Positions 9,766 to 19,625 of a DNA stretch of 64,000 nt are shown in pieces. Source of the DNA: Pseudomonadota bacterium. Lineage in GTDB: Bacteria > Myxococcota_A > UBA9042. The notes beneath the pieces are model-generated. The model did not search any database. It saw only the letters and a list, made by a program, of their open reading frames with translations, and was not told the origin of the DNA. The translations under genes and the position numbers were made by a program. Numbering within the stretch: position 1 is the first letter of the stretch; each line of letters begins with the position of its first letter. The DNA lies in assembly GCA_005792545.1 (NCBI GenBank), contig SXRM01000386.1:934-64933 (forward strand), written 5' to 3'.

Positions 9766-10536
9766 TCAGGCAACTTTGCGTAGCGTGATGTGCCAGTGCA
9801 GCGCCACTGCGCCGGCCACCGGTCTGGTCATCCGGTCCACCGCAGTGGCCACAAAGCCGAGCGCGCCGGGCAGCAACGACCGCCGCGTCACACCTCCCGA
9901 CACCAGGTAGGCAAACCACGGCAAAAGCGCCAACCGATCGATGCGCAGGGTCGGGTGCTGGCGCTCAAAGCGGGCGCGATCGCGCACGAACACCAACCAC
10001 GACAGCGCCTGATTGGCGTCGGCCATGGCGTCGGTCTGGTCAAACGTCCAGTCGCCGGCCTGGTCGTCATAGGGCTCGGGGTGTAGATGGCCGAACACCG
10101 CGCGCGCTAGGGGAGTGTGGGCAACCTCGATCATCGACACCACGCCGCCGGGTACCAGCGTCCGCTCGGCCTCGGCAAAAAAGCGCGTGACTTCGGGAAT
10201 GTGATGCAGACAGTGAGTCAGCAGAATCGCCCGCAGCCCGCCGTCGGCAAACGGCAGCGCGCGCGCATCGACCACCCGATCGGCCAGCCCCGCGACCACA
10301 TCTGAAGTAATGACCCCGGGCAGCATCGTGCACAAGTAGCTGCCGCCGCTCCCTAGTTCGAGCAATTCGCCGCCCGCGTCCAACGGCACCGACGCTGCGT
10401 CGGCAATCAGGCGCCGGTACCAGTCGTCGTAGCAACCCCGCAGCAGCGGCTTACTGTCCAGCAGCGCGCGCTGCGCTGCAAACCAACCGGGCGATCCCAT
10501 CTCTAAGCCCCGCAGGCTGGGTTCTTGCAACAACAT
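9766..10536 (-). CDS. Class I SAM-dependent methyltransferase
   Basis: The motif ELGSGGSY is the methyltransferase motif I. Likely start is MLLQEPSLRG at 10536. The ORF-track start at 10632 adds an Arg/His-rich junk extension. Confidence 0.65.
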   Translation of the reverse strand: MLLQEPSLRGLEMGSPGWFAAQRALLDSKPLLRGCYDDWYRRLIADAASVPLDAGGELLELGSGGSYLCTMLPGVITSDVVAGLADRVVDARALPFADGGLRAILLTHCLHHIPEVTRFFAEAERTLVPGGVVSMIEVAHTPLARAVFGHLHPEPYDDQAGDWTFDQTDAMADANQALSWLVFVRDRARFERQHPTLRIDRLALLPWFAYLVSGGVTRRSLLPGALGFVATAVDRMTRPVAGAVALHWHITLRKVA

Positions 10537-10568
10537 CTTGGCCTCTACTGGGCGTCTGTGGCCGCGGG

Positions 10569-11327
10569 TCAACTGCGCATGCGATCGCGGACGATGCCGG
10601 CTGCGGCTTCCGAGCGGACCTTGGCCAGCCAATAGATCGCCACAAGGCCGTCGCGCGCCCGGATCTTCTTGCCCTCGAGGATGCCGCGCGGGTTGTAGCT
10701 GATCGGCACCTCTGTAATGCGGATGCCGGACAACATGGCCTTGCCGGTGAACTCTGGACAGAATTCGAAGCCGCGGCAGTGCAGCTCGAAACGGTCGAGC
10801 ACCGAGCGGCGGAACACCTTGTAGCCCGTCGCCTCGTCGGTGATGCGCTGGCCGTAGAGAACTCGAGTCGAATGCGTCAGGATCAGATTGGCCAGCAGGT
10901 TCAGGCCGCGCATGCCCTTGGGAAAGCCGCTGTGGAAGCGCGATCCGTACACCACCAGGACTTCGGGGTCGCGAAACGGCGCCAGCAGCACCGGGTAGTC
11001 GTCGGGCGAGTACTCGAGGTCGCCGTCTTGTACGATGAGGATGTCGCCCGTGGCCAGCTTGAAGCCGGCGCGCAGCGCCGCGCCTTTGCCGTGGTTGACG
11101 AGCCCGGCGTGGACCTTGAGGTGCGGCGCATGCTGCGGATGGTCGGCTAGAAACTCGTTGATCGCCCGGACGGTGCCGTCCGTCGAGCCGTCGTCGACGA
11201 CGATGACCTCGCGCTCAGCATGGTCGATGAGCGGCGCCTGAAACACCCGCCGCAAGATCTCGGCGACCAGAAGCGCCTCGTTGTACACTGGAATCACGAT
11301 GCTGACGCGCAGCACGCTGCCGCTCAT
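10569..11327 (-). CDS. GT2 family glycosyltransferase, polyprenyl-phosphate sugar synthase type (DPM1/ArnC-like)
   Basis: VSIVIPVYNEA...VIVVDDGSTDGT...GKGAALRAGF...IVQDGDLEY is the classic GT2 DxD architecture of dolichol-P-mannose synthase and ArnC-like enzymes. The start ATG at 11327 overlaps the upstream gene stop (ATGA). Confidence 0.8.
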   Translation of the reverse strand: MSGSVLRVSIVIPVYNEALLVAEILRRVFQAPLIDHAEREVIVVDDGSTDGTVRAINEFLADHPQHAPHLKVHAGLVNHGKGAALRAGFKLATGDILIVQDGDLEYSPDDYPVLLAPFRDPEVLVVYGSRFHSGFPKGMRGLNLLANLILTHSTRVLYGQRITDEATGYKVFRRSVLDRFELHCRGFEFCPEFTGKAMLSGIRITEVPISYNPRGILEGKKIRARDGLVAIYWLAKVRSEAAAGIVRDRMRS

Positions 11328-12256
11328 GGGGACTCCTTGTCGGTTCGCCGATTCCACGGCGGGGTGGTCGCCCGCGTGGCCAGATCGCGCAGCACAATCC
11401 GGTAGTCCATGGGTGTCATCTGCAGGCGCGCAAGATCACCGGTCACGTCGGCGACGACCAGCGCCTTTTGGCCCAGCAGGTTGTCCGACGTCATCGGCAG
11501 ACGCAATCCTATGCGTTCGCACCAGCCCAGCACCATGACGGCAGCATCGCCGGGCAGCGGCACGACGGGCAGCCGGGCGCGGCCAATGCTCGCTGCAACC
11601 TCGCGGTAGAACTGTACAACCGGCACGGCTTGCGGCTGGGCAATGGTCAAGGTGCCGCGCAGGCCGCGGGAGATCGACCGTTCGAACCCATTGGCCAGAT
11701 CTTGCAGACCAATGGGTTGCAGCTGCGCGCTACCGCCATAAAAGCTCGGCACTGCCGGCGCCACCGCCAGTGTCGACGCCAACCGCTGAAACACCCCGCC
11801 TTCGCCCAGCACGAAACCCGGCCGCACCACCAGATCGCGCGCTGGGTCGAGCAAAGCCTCCACCTGCACCTTGGACCGGCCGTAGTGCGAAAGCGCACCC
11901 GCGTGCGCCGACATCGACGACACGAACACGCGCGACACCACGCCGTGGTCGCGGGCTTGGCCAAACAGGCGCTCGGCGCCGCGGACGTTGCGCTGCGCAG
12001 CCTGTGCCGGCGCTGTCGCGTCGCTCGCCCATGCCGCGTGGACCAGCACTTCCGCACCATCTAGCGCCTGCGGATCGAAGCCATTGCCGTCGAGGTCGCC
12101 GCCGAACCAGGTCAGGTCGACCTGCGAGCGGCGCGCAGCGGTCGCGGGATCGCGTGCAGTGCCGCGCACTTGCCAACCGGCCTGCGCGAGTGCCCGGGCG
12201 ATCGCACCGCCCACCAGGCCCCCGGCGCCCGTGACAACAGCACACCGACGGATCAC
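11324..12256 (-). CDS. NAD(P)-dependent epimerase/dehydratase (SDR family)
   Basis: Rossmann motif VVTGAGGLVGGAIARAL near the N-terminus and a catalytic-like SHYGRSK (YxxxK). Real start is the GTG at 12256..12254, which overlaps the TGA of the upstream GMC gene (GTGA). The 88-aa ORF-track N-extension is low-complexity junk. Confidence 0.75.
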   Translation of the reverse strand: MIRRCAVVTGAGGLVGGAIARALAQAGWQVRGTARDPATAARRSQVDLTWFGGDLDGNGFDPQALDGAEVLVHAAWASDATAPAQAAQRNVRGAERLFGQARDHGVVSRVFVSSMSAHAGALSHYGRSKVQVEALLDPARDLVVRPGFVLGEGGVFQRLASTLAVAPAVPSFYGGSAQLQPIGLQDLANGFERSISRGLRGTLTIAQPQAVPVVQFYREVAASIGRARLPVVPLPGDAAVMVLGWCERIGLRLPMTSDNLLGQKALVVADVTGDLARLQMTPMDYRIVLRDLATRATTPPWNRRTDKESP

Positions 12257-13872
12257 GCGGCCTCCAGGCTGACCGCCGCCGCCAGTGCGATGCGCCGGGC
12301 ATTGGCCATGATCGTCAGCGTCAGGCCTTTGGCCGGTAGGTGGCCCCACCCTGCGCTGTCCGCGACATACACGCCGCGCGTGCCGAGCAACCGCCCGTGC
12401 GGATCCAGGCCATGGCGGTTCTCGCTGCCCGGCGACAGATGTGGAATGGTGCCCGCATAGTGGATGCTCGACGCATGGCCTGGCCGCAGCCGTGCGCCGC
12501 CGATGCAGCCCAGTCGCCACAATTCAGCCACGATGGCGCGCTCGCGCTGCTGTCGGCGCTCGACCCACTGTCGCGGCGGCTGATAGTGGACTCGCAGTGG
12601 CCACGCGCGCTCACCTAGCGGCCGCGCGACACCTAGCCAATTGTCGGCAGTCGGGGCGTCACTGTGGTGCACGCCGACGATGACAAGGCTCTCCATCAGC
12701 AAGCGCACGACCTGTAGACCCACCCAGGGGTGCAGCGGCAATTCTTTGACCAGCTTGAACGCGAGCAAGCTCCGGTAGGAATAGAACTGCAGCGACACCA
12801 GGTCGTCGGGCGCGTCGGGGGGCGCGTACAGGCCCGTCAACTGCGCCATGCTGTGGCGGCGGTCCTGGGCCGGCCGACCCAGTCGCCGCAGCTGCAGACA
12901 AGGCATATAGGTGTAAGGGTTGCACAAAAGCGGCGCGCGCAAGTCTGTCTGTGCCCGGGCGGCCAGCACCAGACGCGCGGAATTGAGCGCTCCTGCGCAG
13001 ACCACCAACCGTCTTGCGGCGAACTCTACACGCCCATGACCCTGGTCCGGCAAGACGCCGTGCAGTCGCACCAGCCCGTCCTGTCCCTCGTCGAAGCCAA
13101 CCGCGAGCACGCCGCGCGTTTCGACAAACCCTGCGCGGGTGCGCAGTTGCTCGATGGTATAGCGCGGCCGATAGATCGACTTGCGCACGTCGGACCAGAA
13201 GTCCATGTCAAAGTAGGGGTTGGCGCGACGGTCTCCCAGGTCTTGCGACAAGATGGCCAGCGGCATCCGGCCCAGTCGCATGCGCTTTGCGGTGCCACGT
13301 GCTCGATAGGCGGACAGCAGCGCCTGAGCGTTGCTGTCGAGGTCCAGGGGTGGCTGCAGTGCGCGCAACTGTCCGCTGCACGCTCCAGCGGTGTCGTCGT
13401 CGTGGCTGCCGCTGACGCCGATGCGCTCGGCAACCGCCGCGTAGTGCCCGGCGAAGCCTTGCGGTGGTAAACCACACGCGGCGAGCTCGTCGGCCGTGTA
13501 GGTGTACGCCGCCGCACCCCAAGCTGCGCCCAGGCCGCCGAGCGCCAGACTCTGCATGGGCTCAAAGCTGTCGCCGTGCACCGGTAACTCAGTCGCCGTA
13601 TCGCGCACGGTAAACTGCCGCGGCGGCGTCAGCTGCGAGCCGATGCGCACCTTGCCGGTCGGAATCCCCTCGTCGTCCGCGCCGAGCCACCACAGCGACT
13701 GGTCTGCAACGTCGCGACGGACTGTGGAAAATGGCGCGTCGGGAATCAGATCGCGGTAGATGGTGTCGTCGTGCCCGAGGTGGACGAGGTGGACGCTGCG
13801 GCCTTGCTCCAGCAATTCCGCGGCCGCGATGGCTCCAGCGGGCCCCGAACCCAGCACGATGACGTCGTCCAT
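12253..13872 (-). CDS. FAD-dependent oxidoreductase, GMC family
   Basis: N-terminal FAD Rossmann motif VIVLGSGPAGAIAAAEL and a C-terminal GMC-type region (HYAGTIP...GVYVADSAG). Total 539 aa. Confidence 0.75.
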   Translation of the reverse strand: MDDVIVLGSGPAGAIAAAELLEQGRSVHLVHLGHDDTIYRDLIPDAPFSTVRRDVADQSLWWLGADDEGIPTGKVRIGSQLTPPRQFTVRDTATELPVHGDSFEPMQSLALGGLGAAWGAAAYTYTADELAACGLPPQGFAGHYAAVAERIGVSGSHDDDTAGACSGQLRALQPPLDLDSNAQALLSAYRARGTAKRMRLGRMPLAILSQDLGDRRANPYFDMDFWSDVRKSIYRPRYTIEQLRTRAGFVETRGVLAVGFDEGQDGLVRLHGVLPDQGHGRVEFAARRLVVCAGALNSARLVLAARAQTDLRAPLLCNPYTYMPCLQLRRLGRPAQDRRHSMAQLTGLYAPPDAPDDLVSLQFYSYRSLLAFKLVKELPLHPWVGLQVVRLLMESLVIVGVHHSDAPTADNWLGVARPLGERAWPLRVHYQPPRQWVERRQQRERAIVAELWRLGCIGGARLRPGHASSIHYAGTIPHLSPGSENRHGLDPHGRLLGTRGVYVADSAGWGHLPAKGLTLTIMANARRIALAAAVSLEAA

Positions 13873-14103
13873 GGCGATCCGGGTTACCTGCCGGCGTGCG
13901 GCTTGCAGTTGTCGCGCGCGCCTCGCTGCCGCAGGTGCGCAACCAATTGCACCAACGCCAACGGCACCGCCAGCAGACCCAGCGCAAGCAGCGCCAGCAC
14001 GGCAAAAACCGGACCGCGGGCTATCGGCGAAAACGCCCGGACGTTGCTTGGGTCCGCTTCGCGTCTGGCAAGGGCGCGAATCTGATCATCGGTCGGGCCT
14101 AGC

Positions 14104-17100
14104 ATGGCAGCAAGCATAGTCGCAGCGAAGCGGCCAGGGCAATGGGGCCCCGAATTGCGTGCCTTTGCCGTTGCCCAGCCTGACCGGCATGCTAGGCTCA
14201 GCGTTTCGCGCGCTTGCCGCTCGGAGGCCCCGTTGTTCCGCCTGCATGCCTATCGCTCGTTCGCTATCAGCCTCTGCTGCTGGCTCTCGTGCGCGTGCGG
14301 CAACGGCTCGAGCGCCGGCACCGTCGCTGGCAGCTCCGCAGGCGGCGCAGGCGGCAGCGCGCAGGTGGACCCCAAGACGCTGGTGCTGCGCACTGACCTC
14401 GGAATCGGCGAGGCCCGCGCCGGGCTGCCGGCCAAGGTGCTGTGCCGCGCGTTCCTGCCGCCCGCCAAAGGTGCCGTCGCTGGCGAGACCGGCGCAGAGG
14501 TGGCGCTGCCCGGGCCGGCAACGCTAGCCGTGCTGTCGGGGCCAGCGGGTCCGCTGGCGATCAAAGACGGCCAGGTCACGCTGGCCAAGGTCGGCGAATA
14601 TCAGGTGCAGTGCCAGGTGCCGTCGCACGCCTTGCTGGATGCGCTGCCGCCTACGCTCTACGTCGTTCCTGGTCCGCCGACGGCGGTGGAGACGCTGTGG
14701 GTGGGCTTGCACGGCCAGCCACCCGCGCCGCAGCCCGCGCAAGTGACTGCGGGGTCGTTGCTGCAGTGTGCGTGCGCCGCCCAAGACAGCTTTGCCAATC
14801 CGATAGCGGCGGGGTTTTCGCTGCTGGTGACCCCCGATCAGGGCGCGCCGCCGGGCGGTCTGGTGGCGCCGGCGATCAAGGCTGGCCCTCTGCAGATCGC
14901 GTGCGAAGTCGAAGGTGTAGCGGACAAGACGCCGCTTGCGGTGCAGGTCGTCGCCGACGTGCCGCGGCACCTGTTCACGCTGCTGGAACCGCCGCAGATC
15001 GTGGCCGGCAACGCCAGTCAATTGACCTGCGCCGCCAATGACGCCTGGGGCAACCCCATCGCCGACTTTCCGTTCGCGCTCGACCTGCCCAAGACCGTAA
15101 CGGTTAAGGGCCTGTACGCCACCCGCACCAAGGCCGGCGCCCACAAGCTGCAGTGCGTACCCGAGACGCTGCAGTGGAGCCTGTTTACCCTGCACCCAGC
15201 GGTGTTGACGGTCGACCCTGGACCGCCAAACCAGCTCGAAGTGCTGGCCGTGCCCAACAAGCCCGTCTACAAGCAGGAGGAAAAGATCGTTTTTGTGAGC
15301 GCGGTCAAGGACGCCTTCGATAATCTGGTGCCGACGGCGGTGGTCAACCTGGCCGTGCTGGCGCCCGCCAAGGGCTGGAAGGTCATCGGCGGCAACAGCA
15401 CGGTGTTTTCCGAAGACGGCAAGTACCAGCTGCAGTTTACGGTCGAGGATCATCCAAAGCTCGTGCACGACCGCACCCTTATCGTGGACGGTACGCCGCC
15501 GCTTTTGACCATCGACTACCCGCCGTGGGGTTCGACGTTGGAAGGCAAGGCGTCGGTGCAGGTCAAGGGCGCGGCCGGCGATGCGACCAGCGGCATCAAG
15601 ACCCTGCAGCTGAACGGCAAGAACGCCTACGTCACCCACAAGTCGTGCCAGACCGACAAGGAGTGCTCGGCCGGTGTCTGCAACCCCGACACCTACACCT
15701 GCAGCGTCGGCACCTGGGTCAGCCAGTATCCGGCCAAGCATGGGCTCAACCGCCTCGAAGCCAAGACCACCGACATCGGCGACCAGAGCGCGCGCGCCAC
15801 CCGCGGCTTCTACTACTCGGGCAGCTACTACCCCATCGATGGCACCAAGCCAGACGCAGCGCTGGTGCCCGACGGCATGCAAGTGTTCTTGGGCCATGAC
15901 TTTTTCGACGACGGCGACCACGATCCCAAAAAGCCGAATGATCTGGCGACACTGATGGAAATTGCGCTGGGCGGTCTGGACGTGGCGACGCTGCTGCCGC
16001 CGGGCGGTCTGAGCTCGGGCGGGGTCGAGGTCACGCTGTCCAACTTCAAGTTCGATAAGCCAACGGTCTCGCTGCAAACGGTGGACGGCGGGCTGGATCT
16101 GGCCTTGAAATTCACCAACATCAAGACCGACATCGCGGTCAAAGCCAAGCAAAAAGTCGGGCCGATCTCAGTCACGATCAAGGTCACGGGCGACATCAAG
16201 ATCGGTAAGCTCCTGGTCAATGCCGGTATGGGCATGGCGGTGTTCAACGGCTTTGTCGAGGCCAAGGTCACCAAAAGCCAGGCGGTCATCGAAGACATGA
16301 AGCTGCACGTCGACGGCATCGCCGGCCTGTTCGACTTCTTGTTCAACATGATCCTGGACGCCTACAAGGGCCAGATCGCCGACCAGATCGTGGCCGAGCT
16401 CAACAAGACCATCCCCAAGCTCATTGGCGGCCTGCTCAGCCAGATGGCTGTCAACGCGCCGATTCCGCTGCCGGCGGCCATCAAGGGCGGCAAGGACGTG
16501 ACCATTCAGCTGGTGTCCAAGCTCAAGACCCTCAAGTTCACGCATAAGGGTGGCCTTGTGCTTATGGACGCTGGCTTCTCTGCCGCCAAAGGCACGGCGC
16601 ACGTCATCTTGGGCAGCATCGCGCGGTCGGGCTGCATTGGCACGGTCGAAGACGCGTTTGCCATCGACCAGACCAAGCGCTTGCAGTTCGCGATGCACGA
16701 CGACGTCATCAACCAGCTGCTGCATGCGGTGTGGTACGCCGGCGGGCTCAAATTCAACAAGGTTGATCTGGCTGCGCTCGGCGCGGGCGGTGGCGCAGGC
16801 TCGCCGGTGCCGCTCGACGGCGCGACCCTGGACCTCGACCTGTTCCTGCCGCCGATCCTGGAGAGCTGCGTCGGCAGCGATCCCAGCAAGTTTCGCATCC
16901 AGGTCGGCGACGCTTCGATCGGTGCTACTGTGCCGATGGGCGATCCGCCGCTGCAGTTCGGGTTTTTTGGCAGCTTCGACATCGGCGCAGCGATCGCGCT
17001 CGGCAAGAACGCCCAGGGTGACCCGCAAGTCTCGGTGCAGGTCGAGAAGCAATTGCTGTACCACCTGGAGATGGTCAGCATCACCAAGGAATTCGAGGCG

Positions 17101-17313
17101 CAAAAGCCATTCTTTGAGCAGATGATCACCAAGCTCTTGAGCGACCAGCTCGACAAGGGTCTGCCAGGCTTGGACAAGATCGACGTTGCCCTACCGAGCT
17201 TGGACATCGGCGGAGTGCTGCCGGGCATGCCGGCCGGCTCCAAAATTGGCCTTGTGGTGACCAAGCTATTCCGGGCCAGCGGCTTTAGCGTGCTCGACGC
17301 CGAGCTGCAGTAG
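14104..17313 (+). CDS. Large secreted/lipoprotein with tandem Ig-like (Big-type) domains and a C-terminal all-beta domain of unknown function
   Basis: 1069-aa coherent frame. The true start is likely internal at ~14233 (TTG/CTG), before a signal/lipobox-like FAISLCCWLSCACG. Repeated ~90-aa segments with Big/Ig-like character lie at residues ~90-450. The C-terminal ~500 aa is rich in K/G/L beta-strand pattern. Confidence 0.7.
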   Translation: MAASIVAAKRPGQWGPELRAFAVAQPDRHARLSVSRACRSEAPLFRLHAYRSFAISLCCWLSCACGNGSSAGTVAGSSAGGAGGSAQVDPKTLVLRTDLGIGEARAGLPAKVLCRAFLPPAKGAVAGETGAEVALPGPATLAVLSGPAGPLAIKDGQVTLAKVGEYQVQCQVPSHALLDALPPTLYVVPGPPTAVETLWVGLHGQPPAPQPAQVTAGSLLQCACAAQDSFANPIAAGFSLLVTPDQGAPPGGLVAPAIKAGPLQIACEVEGVADKTPLAVQVVADVPRHLFTLLEPPQIVAGNASQLTCAANDAWGNPIADFPFALDLPKTVTVKGLYATRTKAGAHKLQCVPETLQWSLFTLHPAVLTVDPGPPNQLEVLAVPNKPVYKQEEKIVFVSAVKDAFDNLVPTAVVNLAVLAPAKGWKVIGGNSTVFSEDGKYQLQFTVEDHPKLVHDRTLIVDGTPPLLTIDYPPWGSTLEGKASVQVKGAAGDATSGIKTLQLNGKNAYVTHKSCQTDKECSAGVCNPDTYTCSVGTWVSQYPAKHGLNRLEAKTTDIGDQSARATRGFYYSGSYYPIDGTKPDAALVPDGMQVFLGHDFFDDGDHDPKKPNDLATLMEIALGGLDVATLLPPGGLSSGGVEVTLSNFKFDKPTVSLQTVDGGLDLALKFTNIKTDIAVKAKQKVGPISVTIKVTGDIKIGKLLVNAGMGMAVFNGFVEAKVTKSQAVIEDMKLHVDGIAGLFDFLFNMILDAYKGQIADQIVAELNKTIPKLIGGLLSQMAVNAPIPLPAAIKGGKDVTIQLVSKLKTLKFTHKGGLVLMDAGFSAAKGTAHVILGSIARSGCIGTVEDAFAIDQTKRLQFAMHDDVINQLLHAVWYAGGLKFNKVDLAALGAGGGAGSPVPLDGATLDLDLFLPPILESCVGSDPSKFRIQVGDASIGATVPMGDPPLQFGFFGSFDIGAAIALGKNAQGDPQVSVQVEKQLLYHLEMVSITKEFEAQKPFFEQMITKLLSDQLDKGLPGLDKIDVALPSLDIGGVLPGMPAGSKIGLVVTKLFRASGFSVLDAELQ

Positions 17314-17445
17314 GCCTTGCAGATGCCTCGCCTATCCCGATCTGTTGCGATTTTTGCACCGCGCCGCACAAACGGGCACGATGCAGGCGCCCCGGCACCG
17401 GGGCGAGCGGTGTGGGTGCGCGCGTTGAAAGGGCAACTGTGCAAA

Positions 17446-19596
17446 ATGGCGGCGCTCGTCGCCTTGCTCGGCGTTGCTGCGTGCTCTGATGGCCCGCAGG
17501 GCGTCGCCGGTCAGAACGGCCAGACCACGGACGGTTTTGGCGGCGGCAGCCTGGACATTGCCAAGGTCGACGGCACGGGGGGCGGCAGCACCGACCAGGA
17601 CGTGCCGACGCTGGATCTGTCTTCCGTCACCGAGAAGATGTGCGCGACGCCGCAGTCGTTTGGTTGCCCCTGCACCGGCAACGAGGACTGCGACAGCGGC
17701 TACTGCATCGAGAGCGAGACCGGCAAGGTCTGCACCAAGGCGTGCACCAGCAGCTGTCCCAAAGGCTGGAAGTGCACCCAGACCGCCGGCGACAATGAGC
17801 TCATCTTTGTGTGCCTGCCGGCCTACACGCAGCTGTGCCGGCCGTGCAAAGACCACAAGGACTGCGCGGCCTCGGGCACCAAGTCCGACGTCAACTTCTG
17901 CGTGCCGCGCGACGACGGGCAGGGCTTCGTCAACGGCAGCTTCTGCGGCACCGGCTGCGCGGTCGACAAGGACTGCAAGACCGGCTTTGTGTGCAGCGAC
18001 GTGACCATCCCGGGCGCGGAAGGCACCGTCAAGCAGTGTATGCCCGAGGCGGGCGAGTGCAGTTGCCTGTCGGGCTGGGTCGCCATTGGCGCCGCGACTG
18101 CGTGCAGCAAGACCAACGAATTCGGCACCTGCGCCGCCAACCGCACCTGCACCGCCGAAGGCTTGACGCTGTGCACCGCCGACCTGCCGAGCGCCGAGAG
18201 CTGCGACAACGTCGACAACGACTGCGACGGCGCCACCGACGAAGACGACACGGTCGGCTGCGTGATGTACTACCCGGACAACGACGGCGACGGCTTTGGC
18301 ACCGGGGCCGGCGCGTGTCTGTGCGGCGATCCTGGCGTCGGCTACGCCAAGAATGGCGGCGACTGCAACGACCTGGTGGCCTCGACCAAGCCGAGCGCCG
18401 ACGAGGTGTGCGACAACTTCGACAACAACTGCAATGGGCAAATCGACGAGAGCGGAGCCAAGGGCTGCAAGGTCTATTACAAGGACAAGGACGGCGACAA
18501 GTTCGGCGACAACGACGACTCGGCCTGCCTGTGCCCGAGCAAGAAAGGCGCCGACTGGATCGAGCAGGGCGGCGACTGCGACGACGCCAGCAAGCTCGTC
18601 AAGCCGGGCGTGGACGAGGTCTGCAACAAGAAAGACGACAACTGCAACGGCAAGACTGACGAAGAGGGCGCGGAGGGCTGTAAGCTCTTCTACACCGACG
18701 CCGACTTGGACGGCTACGGCCCGGCTACCTCCGCGACCGGCCAGTCGCTCGGCAAGTGCCTGTGCGGCCCCAACAAGATCTACACCACCGACAAGCCCGG
18801 CGACTGCGACGACAACACCAAGAAGGTCAACCCGACGGTCCTGGAGGTCTGCAACGGCATCGACGACGACTGCAGCGGCAAGACTGACGACGGCAACGCT
18901 TCGGCTTCGTGTCCTCCGGTCGCAGGCGGCCAGGCCGGCTGCACGCTCGGCAAGTGTGGCGTCGGCAAGTGCGGGCCGGCGCTGTTTGACGTCGACGAAA
19001 ACCCGGCCAACGGCTGCGAGTGCGCCGGCGACGCCAACTACGGCGTCAAGGGCAACACCTGCGGCAACTACATCGAACTGGGCGAGATGCCCGACGGCAG
19101 CAACACCGTGACCGGCAAGGGCAACGTCATGCCTGGAGAAGACGGCGACTGGTTCCACTTCTTTGCCAAGGACCAGCCCGACGACAACACCTGCGACCAG
19201 TACTATGTGCGGGTCAAGTTCGCGTCCAACCCCAACAACCAGTTCGTGTTCGACGTGTACCGAAAGTCGTGCGCCGCGGCCGACCAGGTGTGCAAGGCCG
19301 AAAAAGAGCACTCGTGGACCACGAGCTTTTACGGCCAGGCGCCGAGCGGCTCCGACGCCAAGCCGCAGCCGAGCACGTTCGGCGACCACCAGAAGTCGCC
19401 GGTGCCCGAGAAAGCGGGGGAATGTAAGTGTCTGGCGCCAAAGCCGAACTTTACCGGCGCTGCGCCTGGCATCAACCTGTGCAGCGACAACAGCGCCCAC
19501 TACTTCGTGCGGGTGTACCGCGATCCCAACGCCAAGCCGTCGCCGGTGTGCGTGGAGAACGCCTACATCATCGCCGTCAACAACTCACCGCCGTAG
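17446..19596 (+). CDS. Cysteine-rich repeat lipoprotein with tandem putative metal-binding motifs (MopE/PF11617-like) and C-terminal domain
   Basis: Lipoprotein signal MAALVALLGVAAC. There are at least four ~60-aa repeats of the form E-V-C-[DN]-x-x-D-[ND]-[ND]-C-[DNS]-G-x-x-D-E...C-x-x-Y-Y-x-D-x-D-G-D-G-[FY]-G...C-L-C...G-G-D-C-[DN]-D. The ORF-track start at 17317 is 43 aa upstream of this Met. Confidence 0.75.
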   Translation: MAALVALLGVAACSDGPQGVAGQNGQTTDGFGGGSLDIAKVDGTGGGSTDQDVPTLDLSSVTEKMCATPQSFGCPCTGNEDCDSGYCIESETGKVCTKACTSSCPKGWKCTQTAGDNELIFVCLPAYTQLCRPCKDHKDCAASGTKSDVNFCVPRDDGQGFVNGSFCGTGCAVDKDCKTGFVCSDVTIPGAEGTVKQCMPEAGECSCLSGWVAIGAATACSKTNEFGTCAANRTCTAEGLTLCTADLPSAESCDNVDNDCDGATDEDDTVGCVMYYPDNDGDGFGTGAGACLCGDPGVGYAKNGGDCNDLVASTKPSADEVCDNFDNNCNGQIDESGAKGCKVYYKDKDGDKFGDNDDSACLCPSKKGADWIEQGGDCDDASKLVKPGVDEVCNKKDDNCNGKTDEEGAEGCKLFYTDADLDGYGPATSATGQSLGKCLCGPNKIYTTDKPGDCDDNTKKVNPTVLEVCNGIDDDCSGKTDDGNASASCPPVAGGQAGCTLGKCGVGKCGPALFDVDENPANGCECAGDANYGVKGNTCGNYIELGEMPDGSNTVTGKGNVMPGEDGDWFHFFAKDQPDDNTCDQYYVRVKFASNPNNQFVFDVYRKSCAAADQVCKAEKEHSWTTSFYGQAPSGSDAKPQPSTFGDHQKSPVPEKAGECKCLAPKPNFTGAAPGINLCSDNSAHYFVRVYRDPNAKPSPVCVENAYIIAVNNSPP

Positions 19597-19625
19597 GACC
19601 CTTGCGTCGGACTGCCCAAAAGGCC

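Noticed and set aside
13884-14117. 77-aa minus-strand ORF (MLAAMLGPTDDQIRALARRE...) between the GMC gene and the large secreted protein gene
   Set aside because: It is short, overlaps the likely upstream region of the 14104 gene, and has no recognisable features beyond one hydrophobic stretch. Left uncalled. It could still be a small membrane protein.
14524-16152. 542-aa minus-strand ORF antisense to the large Ig-like secreted protein gene
   Set aside because: Antisense shadow ORF with no recognisable domain. High Arg/Gly/Ala content.
17332-19500. 722-aa minus-strand ORF antisense to the MopE-like Cys-repeat lipoprotein gene
   Set aside because: The sense frame shows a precise repeating Cys/Asp motif architecture and a lipobox. 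The antisense frame is Ala/Val/Gly low complexity.
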